Positions 19,412 to 28,043 of a stretch of 64,000 bases of DNA are shown here, in pieces. Positions within the stretch are counted from its first letter, which is position 1. The number at the start of each line of letters is the position of its first letter. This DNA is from a virus. The notes under the pieces were generated by a model. The model did no database searches. It worked only from the letters and a program-made list of their open reading frames with translations, and was not told the origin of the DNA. Location: IMG/VR virus record IMGVR_UViG_3300045988_057942. The stretch is one strand, 5' to 3'. The position numbers and the translations under genes are program-made.

Positions 19412-19756
19412 ATGTGTGCTTATTATGGATGGCTTAAACACGCTGATGCTAAAAATCTTCTTTATAAAATTCAAAGTCTTACAGGTGTCAGATATTCTAA
19501 TTGGAATGGTAAAAGAACTAATATTACTAAATATTATGGTAAATACGTTAGAATAATTCAAATTATTAATTATGCTAAGTATTTTAGAATTAATTTTATT
19601 AGAAATGGTGAAGCTTATTACGCTGATAGTAGAGATAAAACTCTATTTTATTCTATACATAGATTTAATCATTTTCCTATTAATTTTAAAATTATTAAAT
19701 ATGACTGGCGTATTTATGCTAAAAATAGAAAAGAAAAAGTTAAACTTAAAACATAA
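19412..19756 (+). CDS. small highly basic protein, possible DGR accessory (Avd-like) factor
   Basis: ~114 aa, K/R/Y-rich. Overlaps the RT stop. An Avd-like role is inferred from charge, size and location only. Confidence 0.3.
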   Translation: MCAYYGWLKHADAKNLLYKIQSLTGVRYSNWNGKRTNITKYYGKYVRIIQIINYAKYFRINFIRNGEAYYADSRDKTLFYSIHRFNHFPINFKIIKYDWRIYAKNRKEKVKLKT

Positions 19757-19762
19757 TATATT

Positions 19763-20044
19763 ATGACTAAAGATAAACTTAAAGATGATATTATTAGAAC
19801 TATATGCTGTTTAAATAGTGATATATCTAATAAAGATAGAAAATTATTAATTGAATTATTGAATTCTATTGTTGATTATACTAATAATACTGAACTTGAA
19901 CAAGATGTTAAAGTTATAACACAAAAACATAACGAATTAGCTGAAACAGTTAATGAACTTAAAACTAAAGTTGAAACATATTCTGATAAGATTAATGAAC
20001 TTGAACAAAGAGTTCGTCAATTAGAAAACGCAAGTCAATCTTAA
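19763..20044 (+). CDS. small coiled-coil protein
   Basis: 93 aa ORF. Confidence 0.35.
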   Translation: MTKDKLKDDIIRTICCLNSDISNKDRKLLIELLNSIVDYTNNTELEQDVKVITQKHNELAETVNELKTKVETYSDKINELEQRVRQLENASQS

Positions 20045-20045
20045 C

Positions 20046-20750
20046 ATGGCTAGTCTTAATCAATTAGTTAGTGAATTTGCTCATGCTGTTGGCAATCCTA
20101 ATAGTATTCCTCTTAGACGTAATCTTCGATATGCTATTCTTCATGGTCGTAATGAACTAATTCGTAAAAGTTATGAAAATCATAAATATGTTGATAAAGG
20201 TTTGCAACAACGTATTCGTGTTTCTATTATTAATGTTCCTGATGGTGACCTATATAATAGTCAAACTCTTGGGCTTCCTGCAATTAAACGTACTAAACAA
20301 GAAGTTCCAAAGCCAGTTAGACTTATTAATAACTTACCTTTCCAATCAATTAGAACTACCGGACATTCTGGGATAGAAATACCTTTTGCTAAAGAAGCTA
20401 GTGCTAAGTTTTATCATTATCTTGCAGGTATGTGTAATCTTCCTGTTTATGATTATATTAACGGTTATATTTATTTCTTTAGTAATAATAAAGATTGGTT
20501 TCAAAATATAGGTTCTATTATTATTGAATCTCCATTTGAAATTCCTTATCTTGTTCCTACCGAAACTGTTGAAAAAGCTAAAGATGTAAATTATGACCCT
20601 ATTGATGATGAAGCTAAATACGATGATGATGAATTTCTTATTCCTGAAGATATGATTGGGGCTCTTAAAGAAATTGTATTTAAACGTAATCTTATTGAAG
20701 TTCCTCGTCAAACAAATGAAACTCCTATTGATAATTTTGTAACTAGATAA
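20046..20750 (+). CDS. hypothetical protein
   Basis: 234 aa ORF. Confidence 0.4.
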   Translation: MASLNQLVSEFAHAVGNPNSIPLRRNLRYAILHGRNELIRKSYENHKYVDKGLQQRIRVSIINVPDGDLYNSQTLGLPAIKRTKQEVPKPVRLINNLPFQSIRTTGHSGIEIPFAKEASAKFYHYLAGMCNLPVYDYINGYIYFFSNNKDWFQNIGSIIIESPFEIPYLVPTETVEKAKDVNYDPIDDEAKYDDDEFLIPEDMIGALKEIVFKRNLIEVPRQTNETPIDNFVTR

Positions 20751-20753
20751 ATT

Positions 20754-21716
20754 ATGATTAAAGATATAGATATTAGTCATTATTATAAAAAGTTTATTGA
20801 AACTTCTAATGACGATATGGCAAAATATAATAAAGAACTTGAACTTATAAATAAGATGAAAGCTGATTGTCGTGCTTATATTAAAAGTAAAAATCAAGTT
20901 ATTAAAGATGATTTAAAAATAAATCTTAATGAATATGGGTTTCAATTTCTTAATGATAATGTTGAATTAATTAATAAGTTAGAACAATTAATTAATAATC
21001 GACTTAGTTATACAGTTGGAGAAAGACGTATTGTTCTTCTCCAACTTTTGCGTTATTGTAATTTAGCTAAAAAAGCAAACGATTATATTATTGCTCTTAA
21101 ACTTGCTACAAGACGTTCTGAATTAAGTCTTTCTGATTATAAAAAGTATATTCATAGATATTATAGTTATGGTGTTCATAAATGTGTTCTTGAAGGCTAT
21201 GCTTATCATTTTAAATATGAAATTGGTGACTTAGTTATTAATTTCTGGAGATATAGAGATAAACCTAGAGATACTTATGTTGATTGGAACGCTACTAGAC
21301 TTAAGAAACAAGAAATTATTGATGCTGGTCTTAAACCTTATGATAAAGAAGAAGCAGAGATATATAAAATTCGTGGACTTAAATATGATGGTATTCCTTA
21401 TGTAGTTTATAAAACTAATAAAGAGTTTTATGAAATACAACTTATTAATAATGGAACTCATAGTTATAGTGCTATTAAATTTAAGTATGCTAATTATATT
21501 AATAGAGAGCTTCGTGGTAAAGATGCTAAACAACTTAATTCTGAATGTAAAACTGTTGATGATATTTTTAATCTTAAATTAGGATTAAGAAGTAAACTTC
21601 TTGTTTATCTTGAACGAGAACCTAATGCTCCATTTAAATATATTAGAAATGTTAATCAACAAAAGTATGAACGTGGAGCACATAATAATGGTAATAAAAC
21701 TAGATATAAAAACTAA
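20754..21716 (+). CDS. hypothetical protein
   Basis: 320 aa ORF. Confidence 0.4.
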   Translation: MIKDIDISHYYKKFIETSNDDMAKYNKELELINKMKADCRAYIKSKNQVIKDDLKINLNEYGFQFLNDNVELINKLEQLINNRLSYTVGERRIVLLQLLRYCNLAKKANDYIIALKLATRRSELSLSDYKKYIHRYYSYGVHKCVLEGYAYHFKYEIGDLVINFWRYRDKPRDTYVDWNATRLKKQEIIDAGLKPYDKEEAEIYKIRGLKYDGIPYVVYKTNKEFYEIQLINNGTHSYSAIKFKYANYINRELRGKDAKQLNSECKTVDDIFNLKLGLRSKLLVYLEREPNAPFKYIRNVNQQKYERGAHNNGNKTRYKN

Positions 21717-21720
21717 TATT

Positions 21721-22617
21721 ATGGCAAATAATAAAACGATTACGATAGAACATATAATTGGTAAACTTGATAATGATTTCAATCCTGATGGAAGTGATTG
21801 GATTCCTAGAGTTCCTGCTTGGTGTGTTGATGCTATGAATGAACTTAAAGTTCTTCGTAAAGTTGATAAGAAAATGAAACTAACCGTCATTAATAAGATA
21901 GCTAAAAGTAAATGTTGTCTTATTGATGACGGTCTTAAAGTATATGATAGTAATGGTTGTGAAGTACCTAGAGCTGATACTAGTAAATATAGATGTGGTG
22001 ATACTGAATCTGCTCCATCCTCTACGGGGGGTCAAGCGGAGGACGAAAGTCCGGAGCGTGCTACTAATAAAGACTATCTTGGCATGCCCGATGATTGTTG
22101 TCCTAATGGTTCTAGAACTAGAGAAGTTATTGATACTGGTAAAGTAGGATGTAATCCTGTTGTTTATACAGTTCATAATAATACTGAATGTCCAAGATGT
22201 CAGCATGAAGTTCATTCTCATTGTCAGACCCCCCGTGGAGGATATGATAAGTCAAATCATAATTATATTCTTATTGGAGGTAATACTATTGAACTTAATT
22301 TTAATGATACTTGTATAACAGTTGTTTATAAAGATATTGAAACTCAATATAGTGATAATTATCATTGTGAGATTCCTGTTATACCTGCTAATGGTAAATT
22401 AATTCAAGGTCTTACTTATTATTGTATGGCTCGTATGCTTATGAGAGGATATAAACATCCTGTGTTTAATCTTTCTGCTAGTCAATATGGAACTAATCCT
22501 TTCTATCTATGGGAAAGTATGAAGAAAGATATTAAGACTAGTGTTTTGTTAGATGAACAAAGTGATGATGATAGTGGTTGGAATGAGTTCTTTTATAACT
22601 TTACTTTTCCTAAATAA
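21721..22617 (+). CDS. hypothetical protein carrying a Cys/His-rich segment bounded by two inverted GC elements
   Basis: Start taken at the ATG at 21721, right after the previous stop. The track ORF's 5' extension from 21601 overlaps the upstream gene. The segment 22013-22246 encodes CCPNG..C..CPRCQHEVHSHC. Confidence 0.4.
   Translation: MANNKTITIEHIIGKLDNDFNPDGSDWIPRVPAWCVDAMNELKVLRKVDKKMKLTVINKIAKSKCCLIDDGLKVYDSNGCEVPRADTSKYRCGDTESAPSSTGGQAEDESPERATNKDYLGMPDDCCPNGSRTREVIDTGKVGCNPVVYTVHNNTECPRCQHEVHSHCQTPRGGYDKSNHNYILIGGNTIELNFNDTCITVVYKDIETQYSDNYHCEIPVIPANGKLIQGLTYYCMARMLMRGYKHPVFNLSASQYGTNPFYLWESMKKDIKTSVLLDEQSDDDSGWNEFFYNFTFPK
22013..22058 (+). repeat. GC-element copy (forward) with GGACGAAAGTCC hairpin module
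   Basis: CTCCATCCTCTACGGGGGGTCAAGCGGAGGACGAAAGTCCGGAGCG. In-frame (APSSTGGQAEDESPERA). Confidence 0.7.
22227..22246 (-). repeat. GC-element copy (reverse), inverted partner of 22013
   Basis: GACCCCCCGTGGAGGATATG (..TPRGGYD..). Confidence 0.7.
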
Positions 22618-22619
22618 TT

Positions 22620-25600
22620 ATGAATATACAAAAGAAACTTAGTCTTAATAAACATCCGGGTGATTGTGTACCTTATTCATTAATTGCTGCTAAAAATGTT
22701 AAAGTGAGTAATGATGATAGGATGATTGTTAATGAAGAAGGGCTTGAAGATTGTAAAGCAATTGCCAATGCTATTCATGAAGATGGTATTAATAATTTTA
22801 AAATAGTTGGTGTTATTCCTACTAGTACTGAACTTATTTTATTTGTTATTAATGTAGATAATAATGAATCTTATATTTATAGATATAATGAAGAATCTTC
22901 TAGTTGTTATAGAGCAAACAGTAATTGGAAATATAACGGCGGTAAGATTAAAGGAACATATACATATAATGTTAAAAATCATCTTATAATTGCTGTTGCC
23001 GAAAGTGATGCTTCTGTTGATGTTCCTCTTAAAACTATTAATATTGATTTAGATTCTGGAAGTCCTGATACTGAAATGTCTATTATTCCTCAAGTAACTT
23101 TACCCACAGTTAGTAATTTAAATTATGTTAGTGGAGCTGCTTATAAAGGATTTTATTTTATGTTTATTAGATATAAAATAGATAAGACTAATTATACTAA
23201 ATGGTATAGTATTGGATTTCCTATTTTTAATGATGTTATAATTCCACAAGTTATTAATAAAGTTTGTTTTCGTAAAGAGTTTGTTTATGATCCTAAAGAT
23301 GACCCTAATGGATATTGCTATGGAAATAGTGATTCTTTTAGTGATTCTAAAGATATATGTAATCAAACTTTTGAAGTAAGTATTACTGGTGGTCGTTCAG
23401 GACTTTATCAATTAGGACTTATTATATGTAAAAAAGATAGTACGCAAGCTTTTAGAACTGATGATTTAAATAGTAATATTTTTAAGTTTAGTAGAGATGT
23501 ACTTGTGGAATATAATATAGCAGATTTAACTACTGATTATTATAATTATTATAATGTTGGTAACATTATTAATTATAAAAATAGAATATATATTGCTAAT
23601 TATGATGAAAAAAGTGATAATGATAATAGAACTTTGAGTGATGGTAAAACATTAGAAGAATCTGTTAATGATATTGTTATTAAACTTAGAAATAAATCTG
23701 TTAATGCTTATTATAACAGTTATAATGTTGTACATGCAGTTAGTGAAAAAGGACCTTATTTTAAAATGGCTAGTCTTGGATTTACTGGAACTGTAGATTA
23801 TGAAATAGCTGATTATACTAAACTATTTAATAATAATCAATATCCTTTTCGTACTTTTAAAACTCTTCTTAATGAAACTGTTATTCAAGGTATTGCTGCT
23901 CATGAATATTTAAAAGTTAATTATAATACTGTAATAAAAGTAGGTTCTAAAGGCGGAGCTAATATTAAAGAATATTTAGCATGTAATTGTTTTATTATTC
24001 CTACTAGTTATAAGTATGAAAATAATATATCTAGTTATAGTTTACCTAGTGAAGTTAAAATTGTTTGTTATACTTATAATGGTGTTGGATTTACAGAAGA
24101 TGCTGTATTTACTAGCGGAGTTATAATATTTGGAACTGCTCAATTTGATATTGATAATTGTAAAATGAGAATTACTCATAGTGTAATTGATCCTTCTTAT
24201 GATTTTAATGAACGTAAAAAGAATGATACTCTTATTCCTGGAGAAGTATATAATTTCTTTATTCATTTTGTTGATAAGTATGGTGATGCTAGTAGAGGAT
24301 ATAAATTATCTAATAAAGATAAATATATAAATGATGTTATAAATGATAATTCTCATTGTACTATAATAACTGTTGATTGGATTAATGGTACTGCTGGTAC
24401 TATTCCTTATTGGGTTGTAATTAGTGGAACTATTCCAATATCTAGTATTAGTTCTAATGTTAAACAATATATTGCTGATAGTAAAATTGTAGTTTATACT
24501 GCTGAACCTATTAATAATCCTTTAACTAATATTTTACTTAATAGTGCTGGCGAATTAGAAGCAACTAATAGAGATGATTTATATACTCTTATTTCTAATT
24601 ATTTTATAGACTATCAAGATAAAGATAAATATAATGATTTATATGTTTATCAAGTTATAAATAGTGGTAGCTATACTCCAACTAGTAATCAAATTATTTA
24701 TGGCAATTATGATAATGAAGCTAAATTTGGTTATTATGAAAATATTAATGGTGATGAACTATTTAGAATACCAGATTTAATATTTAAATCTGAATCTATT
24801 GGCGGAGAACATACTAGAGGTTTTGTATATAATATGAATGATACCTTTAATAAGTTCTATATTAATGTTAATATTGATAATAATCTTTGGAATAAAATAA
24901 AAGAATTAGGTTATGTTGGTTGGTTTGTTAGTTATGAAAAAGTAGAACCTATTACTAGATATACAGGATTATTAACTAGAAAAGATTTTGCTAATATAGC
25001 TAGTAATGTTACATGGCAAGAATCTAATTATGCTGCTAAGCCAGGTTTTGTTTCTAATAATTATACTAGTGATAAATGTTATCTATATAGTGGTAGATTT
25101 GACATTGATGATACTATTAAATATGATTTTAATATAATTCGTATTGATGGTAAATGTACATTTGAACCGTTTAGAGAAAAATCTGATGTTGTTGATATGG
25201 TTGTTAATACTACTTATCCATATAGTTATAATATGCCTGTTATAGGAGTAATAAGTAGAAATGTATATAAACCTATTAATAATTATAAATTAGTAGTAGC
25301 TGATAGTATCGCAGATGATAGAGCTGGAAAAGGTACAGCATTAGAAATGGATGATTATAAAGAACTTTCTTTAGATGCTGAAACTATGTTTCTTGCTACT
25401 GTTCTTAATTGTACTAGAAATATTTATATTAATAAAGAAAAAGAACTTATAAGACTTAATGATGTTCGTTATTCTAGTGGAACATATTCTATTGAACATG
25501 GATATAATGGTAGAATGACATATGATGGAGTATTAGTATATAATGATAATAGAGTTATTATGAATGAAGGAGATTATAGATTATATTCACCTGATAATAC

Positions 25601-27131
25601 TCCTTATTATTATATTGATGATACACATCCTTGTTGGTTTGATAAACCTTTTGTTGAATATATTCAATTTCCTCTTTATAGCGATAAGTTCTTTGAAAGT
25701 AAATGTTTTAATAATGAACCTAGTAAAATAGCATTTAGTATTAAAGAAGAAACTGATACAAAAAGTGTTGCATTTGGTACGTTTGTAGAACCTAAAAATA
25801 GTGTTGATTTATTTAAAGACCCTATTGGTAATGTTGACCAATTTGTTCCTAAGTTATTAACTCAATATCGTAATGATATTATTAATATTACTCGTTTTGA
25901 TAAAACTATAAGACGTAGTAATATTATTCAAGATGAAAGTGAAGTTAATGCTTGGAGAGTATTTCCTATTGAAGGTTATAAAAATATTACTGAAAATAAA
26001 GGAATAATTACTAATCTTGTTGGTATTGGATATTACTTATTAGTACATACTCAACATAGTATGTTTATGTTTGATATTAGTGCTGCACTTAAAACTAGAG
26101 ATGAAAATGTACAACTTTATCAACCTGATGCTTTTGAAGTTGATTATAAAGAAGTCTTTACTAGCGATAAAGGATATGGTGGATTGCAAGATGATTTAGC
26201 ATATATAGTTGGAGAATTTGGTTATATATTCTATAATAATGATTTTCATGCTCTTTATCAATTTGATGATGGACAACTTAAATTAATGTATGAAGATATA
26301 AAGTTATGGTTAGATAAGTATCGTCCTAATAATGTTAGATTTGCTCATGATAAATATAATAATCGTATTTTAATTAAGTTTGATTATACATATAATAATA
26401 TAAATCCTGTTAGCAAAGCTATTATTGAAGAAGTTCATAATGAAGTAATAAGTTTTAATTATAAAGTTGGTAACTTTATTAGTTTACATGATTATTACTT
26501 TAATAATGCTTGGTCAACTAAAACTAAATGTTATTTTCAAACTGAACATAATAATGATAGACTTAATTGTCCTCTTCATGTGTTTACTAATGAATATAAT
26601 TATGGTAGATTTAATACTCATATGGGAGATGATAGTAATAGTCTTTATATGATTTCAAGACAAGAAGTTGGTGAAGAACCAGAACTTGTTTATAATAGTT
26701 ATATTGATATTATTATTAATGAATCTTATGAACTTATTAAGTTTCTTGAATTTATTAAATATAAAGTACGCAAAATATATATTCCTTTCTATAGTGATAA
26801 TACTAATAATCCTATAGATTTAAGAGAACATCCTTATGCTGGAGATATACTTCGTATATTTAATGAAGATAATGATACTGATGATATTGATATTAATATT
26901 GATAAACTTAATAAGTTTAATGCTTATAAAAAACCTTGGTATGAACTAACTCAATATAACTTTAATTATTTTCGTAATACTATTAATAAACATCCTAATT
27001 CTCCAAGTGATAAACTTCGTAGAGTTTATGGTAATTATTTTATAGTTCGTTTCATATTTAATAATACAGATAATAAGCGCATTGAATTTGAAAGTCTTGA
27101 ATGTGCTCAAACCCAATTTAGAAAATTATGA
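22620..27131 (+). CDS. large virion protein (1503 aa)
   Basis: Long ORF in the structural operon. No motif recognised. Confidence 0.45.
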   Translation: MNIQKKLSLNKHPGDCVPYSLIAAKNVKVSNDDRMIVNEEGLEDCKAIANAIHEDGINNFKIVGVIPTSTELILFVINVDNNESYIYRYNEESSSCYRANSNWKYNGGKIKGTYTYNVKNHLIIAVAESDASVDVPLKTINIDLDSGSPDTEMSIIPQVTLPTVSNLNYVSGAAYKGFYFMFIRYKIDKTNYTKWYSIGFPIFNDVIIPQVINKVCFRKEFVYDPKDDPNGYCYGNSDSFSDSKDICNQTFEVSITGGRSGLYQLGLIICKKDSTQAFRTDDLNSNIFKFSRDVLVEYNIADLTTDYYNYYNVGNIINYKNRIYIANYDEKSDNDNRTLSDGKTLEESVNDIVIKLRNKSVNAYYNSYNVVHAVSEKGPYFKMASLGFTGTVDYEIADYTKLFNNNQYPFRTFKTLLNETVIQGIAAHEYLKVNYNTVIKVGSKGGANIKEYLACNCFIIPTSYKYENNISSYSLPSEVKIVCYTYNGVGFTEDAVFTSGVIIFGTAQFDIDNCKMRITHSVIDPSYDFNERKKNDTLIPGEVYNFFIHFVDKYGDASRGYKLSNKDKYINDVINDNSHCTIITVDWINGTAGTIPYWVVISGTIPISSISSNVKQYIADSKIVVYTAEPINNPLTNILLNSAGELEATNRDDLYTLISNYFIDYQDKDKYNDLYVYQVINSGSYTPTSNQIIYGNYDNEAKFGYYENINGDELFRIPDLIFKSESIGGEHTRGFVYNMNDTFNKFYINVNIDNNLWNKIKELGYVGWFVSYEKVEPITRYTGLLTRKDFANIASNVTWQESNYAAKPGFVSNNYTSDKCYLYSGRFDIDDTIKYDFNIIRIDGKCTFEPFREKSDVVDMVVNTTYPYSYNMPVIGVISRNVYKPINNYKLVVADSIADDRAGKGTALEMDDYKELSLDAETMFLATVLNCTRNIYINKEKELIRLNDVRYSSGTYSIEHGYNGRMTYDGVLVYNDNRVIMNEGDYRLYSPDNTPYYYIDDTHPCWFDKPFVEYIQFPLYSDKFFESKCFNNEPSKIAFSIKEETDTKSVAFGTFVEPKNSVDLFKDPIGNVDQFVPKLLTQYRNDIINITRFDKTIRRSNIIQDESEVNAWRVFPIEGYKNITENKGIITNLVGIGYYLLVHTQHSMFMFDISAALKTRDENVQLYQPDAFEVDYKEVFTSDKGYGGLQDDLAYIVGEFGYIFYNNDFHALYQFDDGQLKLMYEDIKLWLDKYRPNNVRFAHDKYNNRILIKFDYTYNNINPVSKAIIEEVHNEVISFNYKVGNFISLHDYYFNNAWSTKTKCYFQTEHNNDRLNCPLHVFTNEYNYGRFNTHMGDDSNSLYMISRQEVGEEPELVYNSYIDIIINESYELIKFLEFIKYKVRKIYIPFYSDNTNNPIDLREHPYAGDILRIFNEDNDTDDIDINIDKLNKFNAYKKPWYELTQYNFNYFRNTINKHPNSPSDKLRRVYGNYFIVRFIFNNTDNKRIEFESLECAQTQFRKL

Positions 27132-27922
27132 TACAGTACAAAGATAGACAAAGACAAAAAGCATTTATTGGTGCTATTATTGGTGCTGCTGCTAGTATAG
27201 CTGGTGGTATAATTAAAGGTAATAAACAAAAGAAAGCTCAAGAAAAGGCTCAAGCAGAAGCTCAAGCTGCACAAGACCATAAAGATGCTTTACAAAATGC
27301 TCAAGCTTTAACTAGTGCTTATTCTAATCAAGATTATGTTAATCAATATAATGATAAACTTACCCTTAAATGTGGTGGAAGAATTAGACGTAAAGCTAAT
27401 TTTGGTACAGAACTTGTTCAAGCTCTTCCTGGTTTGGGAAGTCTTGCAAGTTCTGTTACTGGTGTAGAAGGACTTGATAAATTAGGTGCTACTATAGGGC
27501 AAGGCATTAATGCTAATCAACAAATTAATGAAAATAAACGTATTGCTCAAGAAGCTGAGAAACGTAAGCAACTTCAATCAGGTCAACAACAACTTAATAT
27601 TACTTCTAATGCAATGACTAATCCAATGACTATGTATCAACGTTCTAGCTTTATTAATAAATATAAATGCGGTGGACGTAGAAAAGCTTGGATTGGTGCT
27701 GCCATTGGAGCTGCTGGAAGTCTAATTGGTGGTATGCTTGGAAACAAAGGTAAAGAACCTATTCAAGTTAAACAAGACGAACAATCTGTTTATAGTGCTC
27801 CTAAAACTGGTCTTGAACGTCCTGAATGGATTACTAATGGTATTAATCAACAGTCTGTTATGCCTCCATCGGTTTACAGAGATAGACTGAAAACATATCG
27901 GTATGGCGGACGTAGACGTTAA
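27128..27922 (+). CDS. hypothetical protein with internal duplication (Gly-zipper-like AxIGAxIGAA segments)
   Basis: 264 aa. Two copies of KA(F/W)IGA.IGAA.S..GG and (C/Y)GGRR. Confidence 0.4.
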   Translation: MIQYKDRQRQKAFIGAIIGAAASIAGGIIKGNKQKKAQEKAQAEAQAAQDHKDALQNAQALTSAYSNQDYVNQYNDKLTLKCGGRIRRKANFGTELVQALPGLGSLASSVTGVEGLDKLGATIGQGINANQQINENKRIAQEAEKRKQLQSGQQQLNITSNAMTNPMTMYQRSSFINKYKCGGRRKAWIGAAIGAAGSLIGGMLGNKGKEPIQVKQDEQSVYSAPKTGLERPEWITNGINQQSVMPPSVYRDRLKTYRYGGRRR

Positions 27923-28043
27923 TCTTTTGCCCTCTGTTGGATTATTACATATAAGTATGAACTATTAATCGAATTATATGTTATCGTTCAACAGAGAGCC
28001 TTAAAATCAATAAAATATTAATTTCTCATTATATTATATAACA
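27921..28043 (+). promoter_or_regulatory. conserved upstream element copy 1 (putative promoter + leader) before ORF 28044
   Basis: Shares CTTTTGCC...ATTAATC...GCCTTAAAAT...TTCTCATTATATTATA with the - strand copies at 54120-54248 and 60045-60172. Confidence 0.45.

Noticed and set aside
21601-21720. 5' extension of the 338-aa track ORF overlapping the previous gene
   Set aside because: An ATG at 21721 directly follows the upstream stop (TAATATTATG junction, as at other genes). The extension is in the upstream gene's coding region.
27925-27990. CTCTGTTG...CAACAGAG inverted repeat as a terminator after ORF 27128
   Set aside because: The loop is ~45 nt and it lies inside the conserved upstream element. 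It may be part of that element and not a terminator.
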